DNA of 64,000 nucleotides from a virus (Duplodnaviria; Caudoviricetes): IMG/VR virus record IMGVR_UViG_2974673286_000001, positions 64,001 to 128,000 of that record; one strand, 5' to 3'. Shown piece by piece: positions 58,646 to 64,000 of this stretch (position 1 is its first letter; each line of letters starts with the position of its first letter). The notes under the pieces were generated by a model. It saw only the letters and a program-made list of their open reading frames with translations, ran no database searches and was not told where the DNA came from. The position numbers and the translations under genes were made by a program.

Positions 58646-59032
58646 ATGAAATTTTCAGCAGCAGTGGCTTACTTAGAGGAAGGATTTGTAGTGGAGTCTA
58701 ACGAAGGAACACTGTACAACAACCTTGGGGATATTCGTAAGGTCTACTTAGATGAAATCCGGGGAAGTTGGAAGTTGATCGGTCAATGGAAAAAACTAAA
58801 GTCTTATGAAGAAGCAGTTGTGGCGCTTACACATAAATACACAGTATGTTCTACATACAACATAGAAGAAGACTTGTGTGTATACGAAAGTGTCTATGGT
58901 CTTATCCACCTTGCTAGCTACGAGACCGAAGAGGACACAGAATGGTGGGTACTCGTTCAGGAAGGAGACTGCGAACCTTACCGAGAAGGATGGTTGGCAT
59001 CAGGAGACCAAGGAGGAGCAAAGAATGACTGA
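58646..59032 (+). CDS. Hypothetical protein with internal duplication
   Basis: KFSAAVAYL.EG..V / KSYEEAVVAL..K..V. Confidence 0.6.
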   Translation: MKFSAAVAYLEEGFVVESNEGTLYNNLGDIRKVYLDEIRGSWKLIGQWKKLKSYEEAVVALTHKYTVCSTYNIEEDLCVYESVYGLIHLASYETEEDTEWWVLVQEGDCEPYREGWLASGDQGGAKND

Positions 59033-59480
59033 TGCTTTAGATAAGGCGCTATTGTTAAAACGGTTGCACTATGTAGACAGAGGTCTTCGCTTGTACAAGG
59101 CTGAGCACTCAGAGGAAGTAGCCTTCATCTTAGGAGGTCTCAAGGTCATTAATGAGCTTATAAGACATATTTCAGCAGGAATGTACGATCTTAATTTTAA
59201 CTCCTCTGGGACCGAAACAGGTCGATTCTCTAGCAGCGAGCCTAACCTAAGTGCAGAGCCTAAGAGCGAGCCTCCTGTTGTAAACGGGCATGTGCTTTAC
59301 ACCAAGGAGGATTTTAAAGACATGACCGGAGAGAAACTGGAGAGCAGCTATACCGCACACCTTGTCTTAGATGGCGGTCTCTCTATTTGTAAAATCTGCG
59401 GGGAAGGGGAAGCGGGATTAGACAATCCTTGCAAACCAAAGAAGAATCTCAATGACAAGACAAATACGAAAGGGGAATAA
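59025..59480 (+). CDS. Mosaic protein with PolA-like peptide and C-terminal Cys cluster
   Basis: SD aaggagg; GTETGRFSSSEPNL; DGGLSICKICG..E..L...C. Confidence 0.65.
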   Translation: MTDALDKALLLKRLHYVDRGLRLYKAEHSEEVAFILGGLKVINELIRHISAGMYDLNFNSSGTETGRFSSSEPNLSAEPKSEPPVVNGHVLYTKEDFKDMTGEKLESSYTAHLVLDGGLSICKICGEGEAGLDNPCKPKKNLNDKTNTKGE

Positions 59481-59483
59481 AAA

Positions 59484-59840
59484 ATGAGTCATCAAGCCAA
59501 ACGTCTGTACAACGACATTTACGCTGACAAGACAATTACACTTGCACAAGAGGCAGCAATTAAAGAGGTTATTACTCTGTTCCCCAATGATGTACATGCG
59601 GTAAACTATGTGATGGAGGAGCATGGACATTTTGAAGATCAAAAACTATATCCACTCAATCACATGATGAAAGGTCATATCATCTACATCCTCATGACGG
59701 GTAAGTACAACGTTATTAATTCTTTTGAGGAGTACCTAAAGAGTGAGCTTGAACTCACTGATGAGGGTACATATGCTTGGCACGCAATCAAAAGGATTCG
59801 TACCGAGTATTTCAAAAGAAAAGACAAAGGGGAGTTTTAA
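59484..59840 (+). CDS. Hypothetical protein (paralogue 1)
   Basis: Similar to 59842-60192. Confidence 0.65.
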   Translation: MSHQAKRLYNDIYADKTITLAQEAAIKEVITLFPNDVHAVNYVMEEHGHFEDQKLYPLNHMMKGHIIYILMTGKYNVINSFEEYLKSELELTDEGTYAWHAIKRIRTEYFKRKDKGEF

Positions 59841-59841
59841 A

Positions 59842-60192
59842 ATGAGAAAACTACAAAAACTTCCGGGGATTGCACTTCCCGAGATCGCACTCACAAGGAA
59901 ACAAGCCACAGCGATCAAGAAATTGGATAACTCCAGTGGTGGCTTAAGAGACAGTATCGTCTACTTAATTGAGGGTCTTGGGAATTTTAAGGATGAATAT
60001 AAGCCTCTAAACGAGGTACCTCTCAGCTATCTCATTAAAGTACTTGTTACTCGTGAGTACCACGTTGAGGAAACTTTCGAGGAGTGGCTCGAATGGCAAA
60101 AGAACAGGGTTGTGGATGGTACTCCCGCATCATGTGCTTATCAAATTGTTCTCGAAGAGTACAAGAAGCGCAAAGAGAAAGGGGAGTTTTAG
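59842..60192 (+). CDS. Hypothetical protein (paralogue 2)
   Basis: Start reassigned to MRKLQK; shares motifs with the upstream gene. Confidence 0.65.
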   Translation: MRKLQKLPGIALPEIALTRKQATAIKKLDNSSGGLRDSIVYLIEGLGNFKDEYKPLNEVPLSYLIKVLVTREYHVEETFEEWLEWQKNRVVDGTPASCAYQIVLEEYKKRKEKGEF

Positions 60193-60193
60193 G

Positions 60194-60412
60194 ATGACAA
60201 AATACTACACAATAATGGGATACTTCCCTATACTAAGAAGAAAGATGGATGCAGAGTTTAAGCGGGTAGGATTCAAAAACATCAAGGAGAAACGCTGGGT
60301 CCTCAACAAAGTCCTCGGTAAAGCGCCTTACTTGAACAGTATGTCTATTGTGGAGATGGAGAGGATTATCTCCGAGTTACAAAAGTACAACAGTGTAAGT
60401 GAAATCGAATAA
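60194..60412 (+). CDS. Hypothetical protein
   Basis: Start reassigned to MTKYY after ggggag. Confidence 0.6.
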   Translation: MTKYYTIMGYFPILRRKMDAEFKRVGFKNIKEKRWVLNKVLGKAPYLNSMSIVEMERIISELQKYNSVSEIE

Positions 60413-60455
60413 GCAGCCCAGATACAGAGGACGAGGAATAAGAGCTTATACCAGT

Positions 60456-60486
60456 AAAAACAAGGGTTATCCCCTTGTTTTTTTTT
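60456..60486 (+). terminator. Rho-independent terminator (potentially bidirectional)
   Basis: AAAAACAAGGG..CCCTTGTTTTTTTTT. Confidence 0.75.
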
Positions 60487-60497
60487 ATTATGTACAG

Positions 60498-60526
60498 ACA
60501 TAGGATTCCGCATATGCCCATAAAGT
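60498..60526 (+). promoter_or_regulatory. sigmaE-like sporulation promoter candidate
   Basis: ACATAgg-14bp-CATAaagT; no TTGACA-type promoter visible here. Confidence 0.4.
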
Positions 60527-60581
60527 AGAATCACAAGGGTATTACAAAGTATGCGAAGGAATGACAAAGGAGGAGTTAAGT

Positions 60582-61661
60582 ATGACAAAGTATGCGGGTT
60601 TTAATGTAAAAGCGTTGGACGATGGGTACGGGGATGTAAAATTCGACAGCACAGGTTCTCCTAATCTTATCCCATCATTCGTCACAAGTTTTAAGGAGAA
60701 GCCTAAAAAGGACTTTGGGCAAGACAGTAAGCTGCGGTATGTAGCCAGTGAGATTGATGGAGAAAGATATGTAGTAGGAGACTACGCAATGAAGCTGGAC
60801 CCCAACATCATCTGGGCTGGAGGGGAAAACAAACACGCTGACAAGAGGTTCCCGGTCTTATTAAAAACTACCCTTGGGCTAATGAGCTCGGGAAGACATG
60901 AAGTAATCGACACACTTATGATGAACCTTCCTATCAGATACGACACAGAGGAGAGACGGCAGCAGCTTACAGAAGTGGCTCAGGGAACCCACACCGTAGC
61001 TTTAAGCAGCGATGGAGTAAACTTCATTAAAAGAATGGTCACAGTAAATAACGTGGAGATTAAGAAGCAGCCGTTCGGTAGCCTGTGTGATGTGATACTA
61101 GATGGTAACGGGGACATCATTGATAAGGACACAGCCAAAGGGTTCAACGTCATTGTAGATGTAGGTGCCCGGACACTAAACATCCTCACTGTAGACGCCT
61201 TAGAGGAACAGACAGAGCTTTCACTACAAACGAACGATGGGATGTACACCGCATTCAGTCAGGTAGGCTCCTATCTAGAGAAGGAGCTTGACGTGATCAT
61301 CCCGGACGGTAAGCTGCCGCAGATCATTAGTCAAAAGGAAATCAAGAACATGGATATCACACCGCTTATTAATAGCACATACGAGAATCATGCCAACACA
61401 ATACTAGCTGTACTAGACAAGGTGCTAGTCAACTCATGGGGTTTTGTTACTTCTGTTATCTTCACAGGCGGAGGAGCCGGGAAAGAGCTGCTGAGACCGT
61501 ATATTGAAAAGCGCTTCAACAGAGTACCTTCTATCTTCTTGGACCGTTATTCGAATGTCAGAGGTCTCCGCAAGTATGGAATCCGACAATCGAAAAAGAA
61601 CCCTAAGAAGGTAAATAACATCAAGATTCAGGTGGGCAATCATGAGTACAGTCCGAAGTAA
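60582..61661 (+). CDS. ParM/StbA/Alp-like actin ATPase
   Basis: ALDDGYGDVK phosphate 1, QPFG, VDVGARTLN phosphate 2, FTGGGA, SNVRGL. Confidence 0.9.
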   Translation: MTKYAGFNVKALDDGYGDVKFDSTGSPNLIPSFVTSFKEKPKKDFGQDSKLRYVASEIDGERYVVGDYAMKLDPNIIWAGGENKHADKRFPVLLKTTLGLMSSGRHEVIDTLMMNLPIRYDTEERRQQLTEVAQGTHTVALSSDGVNFIKRMVTVNNVEIKKQPFGSLCDVILDGNGDIIDKDTAKGFNVIVDVGARTLNILTVDALEEQTELSLQTNDGMYTAFSQVGSYLEKELDVIIPDGKLPQIISQKEIKNMDITPLINSTYENHANTILAVLDKVLVNSWGFVTSVIFTGGGAGKELLRPYIEKRFNRVPSIFLDRYSNVRGLRKYGIRQSKKNPKKVNNIKIQVGNHEYSPK

Positions 61662-61950
61662 GAAAAACAACAGACGAACACTTTACCTTAGTGATAGGAA
61701 GGATAAGGACATTCTGGAGTATATTGAGCCGCTTATGGATGAACGCTATGACTTTTCCTTTGTGATCCGGGAGCTGGTTAGAGATGGGATTAAATACAGA
61801 ACCTGCCCGACCGCAGCTCCCGTACCACCTACCCAAGTTGTACCACAGGAAAGTGGCATACAAAGTAATCCTCCTGAGCTGTCCAATATCGTTTTGAAGA
61901 AGAAAGAGTTGTCCGATGCAGACATCGAGGATAGGCTAGATAGCTTCTAA
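61642..61950 (+). CDS. Putative ParR-like (ribbon-helix-helix) adaptor
   Basis: RTLYLS...DKDILEYI...FSFVIRELVRDGI N-terminus, disordered C-terminus, overlaps the actin gene. Confidence 0.7.
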   Translation: MSTVRSKKNNRRTLYLSDRKDKDILEYIEPLMDERYDFSFVIRELVRDGIKYRTCPTAAPVPPTQVVPQESGIQSNPPELSNIVLKKKELSDADIEDRLDSF

Positions 61951-62078
61951 TTTCCCGCTTCTTTCCCAAAAGCCTTATTTCCGGCGGGAAACGGGAAAAA
62001 TACAGTAAAAAGCCCGAAAATAGTGTGTTTTTAGAGTGTGGGAATTAAGGAAATAAGGGAAGAAAGAGGTGAGAAAAG

Positions 62079-62651
62079 GTGGTCAAATACACGATCACTT
62101 CACGGTTTCACGATAAAGAGGAATTTAGGGATCACGTACACCAAGGAGTCGATCTGGCGATGCCTGAAGGAACTGATCTGAAAGCCATAGTCGATGGAGT
62201 AATCAGAACAGCAGACTACGGTAGTTCTTCCACAGGAAAAACGGTGTTCATAGACGCAGCCGATGGAAAGACGTACATCTATGGACACCTGAAGGATTTC
62301 TCTGTAAGCGATGGGCAGCCGATACATGTGGGTGATATTTTAGGTCATTCAGGTAACTCTGGTCATGTTGTAGGTAGCAATGGCGGGTATCATCTCCACT
62401 TCGGTATAAAGGAGCACGGAGAATTTATAGACCCGACACCGTACACTTCACTCATTCAGCATATGGATCAGTTAAAAGGGGCAGCTCACGCAACCGTTAA
62501 CTCTGGCTTGGATGCTCTGGAAATGCTAAACCAAGCGCTGAGCCAGTTTACTCAGACGTTATCGGAGATGACTCTGAACTGCATCAGTCTATTACTCGAA
62601 AATCGTACAGTGTCTCTAATATCCGATATAGTTCTCTCATGGTTATGTTGA
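62079..62651 (+). CDS. M23 family metallopeptidase
   Basis: ITSRF, HQGVD, YGHL, G.SGNSG, HLHFG. Confidence 0.9.
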   Translation: MVKYTITSRFHDKEEFRDHVHQGVDLAMPEGTDLKAIVDGVIRTADYGSSSTGKTVFIDAADGKTYIYGHLKDFSVSDGQPIHVGDILGHSGNSGHVVGSNGGYHLHFGIKEHGEFIDPTPYTSLIQHMDQLKGAAHATVNSGLDALEMLNQALSQFTQTLSEMTLNCISLLLENRTVSLISDIVLSWLC

Positions 62652-62745
62652 CATTCTGCTTATCCTGAATTGTGTGAAGAACCAGATGATCGACATTCTG
62701 CATTTGCTTCTCATATCTGGTCAGCGGTTTAGAGTCAAAGAGCAC
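62584..62745 (-). CDS. 53-aa antisense protein (not in ORF track)
   Basis: Minus-strand SD AAGGAGGT 7 nt before GTG; MLFDSKPLTRYEKQMQNVDHLVLHTIQDKQNVNITMRELYRILETLYDFRVID. Confidence 0.65.
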   Translation of the reverse strand: MLFDSKPLTRYEKQMQNVDHLVLHTIQDKQNVNITMRELYRILETLYDFRVID

Positions 62746-62768
62746 GGTCGCTACCTCCTTTCAAGAGT

Positions 62769-62797
62769 TAGTATGTCCGGTCGAATTTCAATTATAC
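62769..62797 (-). promoter_or_regulatory. sigmaG-type forespore promoter
   Basis: Minus strand reads GTATA-17bp-CATACTA, matching the B. subtilis sigmaG consensus, 8 nt upstream of the SD of the 53-aa ORF. Confidence 0.65.
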
Positions 62798-62811
62798 AGG
62801 GGGAATTAAAA

Positions 62812-63012
62812 ATGACGAGTATCTTTTTGGCAGTAGGCGGAGTTGCAGTTGTTTGTTCGGCAGGGACTGGATTAGCAGCAGCTTTGAAGTGGTTCCATAA
62901 CTACGAGCCAGACGTGGATAAAAAGAAAAAGACCGTTAGAGAAACACGTAACCCGAACAGAAGCCGACTAGACGATTTGAGTAAAAAAGTACGTACAGAT
63001 AATCATCTATAA
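62812..63012 (+). CDS. Small single-pass membrane protein
   Basis: MTSIFLAVGGVAVVCSAGTGLAAALKW; start after aggggg. Confidence 0.6.
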   Translation: MTSIFLAVGGVAVVCSAGTGLAAALKWFHNYEPDVDKKKKTVRETRNPNRSRLDDLSKKVRTDNHL

Positions 63013-63025
63013 GGAGGTAACTGAA

Positions 63026-63577
63026 ATGATTATTACAATGTCATCCAGAGAGCTCAATTCAGCCGTCAGTTACAAGAGTCCGGTACAGCAGTTTAACCTT
63101 AAGGAGAAAGTTGAGGACAATGTGCTTTTTATTGCGGACACCCTGCAAAAGGAGGTGATCAAGGGAACGACCGGACAGCAAAGAAAAAAGATCAAGCAGC
63201 TGAAGAAATTGCTGAAAGGATTCGTTGTGGTTATGGGGGCGGGAATACAAGCAACACCCAAAGCCTTTGCCGCAGCACCTCTAACCGGAGCAACCACGAC
63301 AGTAGCAGCCAATCAGATAACACCAGCTCTGGTAATGAAATGGGGTCTGAATTTAGCTTTAATCTCTGTATCGGTGGGCGTAGCATTGTCGATGACTCTT
63401 CTGACGCTAGCCGGGATTTACAGGATGATGAGGAAGCGGAAGGAAGCGGAGGAGTGGAGCGTAGATGTAATCAAGGGTCTCGTGCAGGTTTTAGTTGCGG
63501 TCCCGGTCGTATATCTGCTCTTTTATCTGGCGCAAACGGTATTCAAAAGCTTGCCGATTTTAAGCGGACTCTTTTAA
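63026..63577 (+). CDS. Membrane protein with TrbC/VirB2 pilin-like C-terminal half
   Basis: PKAFAA processing-like site, then TM-AGIYRMMRKRKEAEEWSVDVIKGL-TM. Confidence 0.5.
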   Translation: MIITMSSRELNSAVSYKSPVQQFNLKEKVEDNVLFIADTLQKEVIKGTTGQQRKKIKQLKKLLKGFVVVMGAGIQATPKAFAAAPLTGATTTVAANQITPALVMKWGLNLALISVSVGVALSMTLLTLAGIYRMMRKRKEAEEWSVDVIKGLVQVLVAVPVVYLLFYLAQTVFKSLPILSGLF

Positions 63578-63630
63578 AAGCAGCTACACTGGCACCCGTA
63601 GCGGTTCTCTCTTCCGCTGTTGTCTCTTCC

Positions 63631-64000
63631 ATGTCGGCAAAAGCCTACGCACAAGCTACAGATGTAAAAGCACCCATCGACCTTCTTTTGCTGGGACGTA
63701 ACAAAGATCAAAATATCCTGACTGCTATACCTGATGCGGTACAGACGTTTAATACAGCTGTAGCTAAAGTAAATGAGTTCCTTTCAGACCTCCCACACAA
63801 TATCGCTGAAATGTCCGTCCATTTAATGAGCTGGCTGTATGAACTATGTGCTACACTGATCCTTAAGACTCCCTTGTGGCTTTTTAATAACGAGTGGTTT
63901 GAGAATACCACTTATCTGTTTAGTTTGCTGGCTATCGGTATCGTTTCCGTTCTGACCGTCATTGAATCGGTAAAGCTCATGCTCAGCAGAGGAAAGAAAA
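63631..64000 (+). CDS. TrbL/VirB6-like polytopic membrane protein, truncated by window
   Basis: Open frame to the window end: MSAKAYAQ...LILKTPLWLFNNEWF...LFSLLAIGIVSVLTVIESVKLM; may start further upstream. Confidence 0.45.
   Translation, partial: MSAKAYAQATDVKAPIDLLLLGRNKDQNILTAIPDAVQTFNTAVAKVNEFLSDLPHNIAEMSVHLMSWLYELCATLILKTPLWLFNNEWFENTTYLFSLLAIGIVSVLTVIESVKLMLSRGKK

Noticed and set aside
58434-58649. 71-aa ORF from the track
   Set aside because: Overlaps better-supported ORFs 58289-58492 and 58492-58641
359-61863. Numerous minus-strand ORFs in the provided track
   Set aside because: They lie opposite well-supported + strand genes and look like shadow frames; I found support only for 62584-62745
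62674-62811. Long N-terminus of the 112-aa ORF
   Set aside because: Region is better explained by the antisense gene and its promoter; the SD supports a start at 62812
1-64000. tRNA, rRNA, integrase or transposase genes
   Set aside because: None recognised by eye; tRNAscan/Infernal would be needed to exclude small RNAs

Overview
64 kb of a large lytic Bacillus myovirus genome (Herelleviridae, Bastillevirinae; close to the Bsp38/SBSphiJ/Grass/phiNIT1 group). Almost every gene is on the + strand. Order: end of the tail/baseplate module (1-10.9 kb); an AT-rich intergenic region; the replication/recombination core (SF2 helicase, HTH initiator-like protein, DnaB, SbcD/SbcC, gp67-like anti-sigma, primase, dUTPase, resolvase, nrdIEF-nrdH); an accessory cluster with the anti-Pycsar nuclease Apyc1; HU, family A polymerase, SSB, a Tad1-family anti-Thoeris sponge, RecA, late sigma factor and holin; a long run of small early genes with a sporulation-type sigma factor and RtcB; and a plasmid-like block at the right edge (ParM-like actin, adaptor, M23 peptidase, VirB2- and VirB6-like membrane proteins). 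Best leads: (i) the anti-defence arsenal against nucleotide signalling (Apyc1, Tad1 and unannotated small neighbours); (ii) a putative sporulation-coupled DNA partition/transfer module with a sigmaE-like promoter and an antisense 53-aa gene behind a consensus sigmaG promoter. All family assignments come from recalled motifs and gene order; no searches were run.
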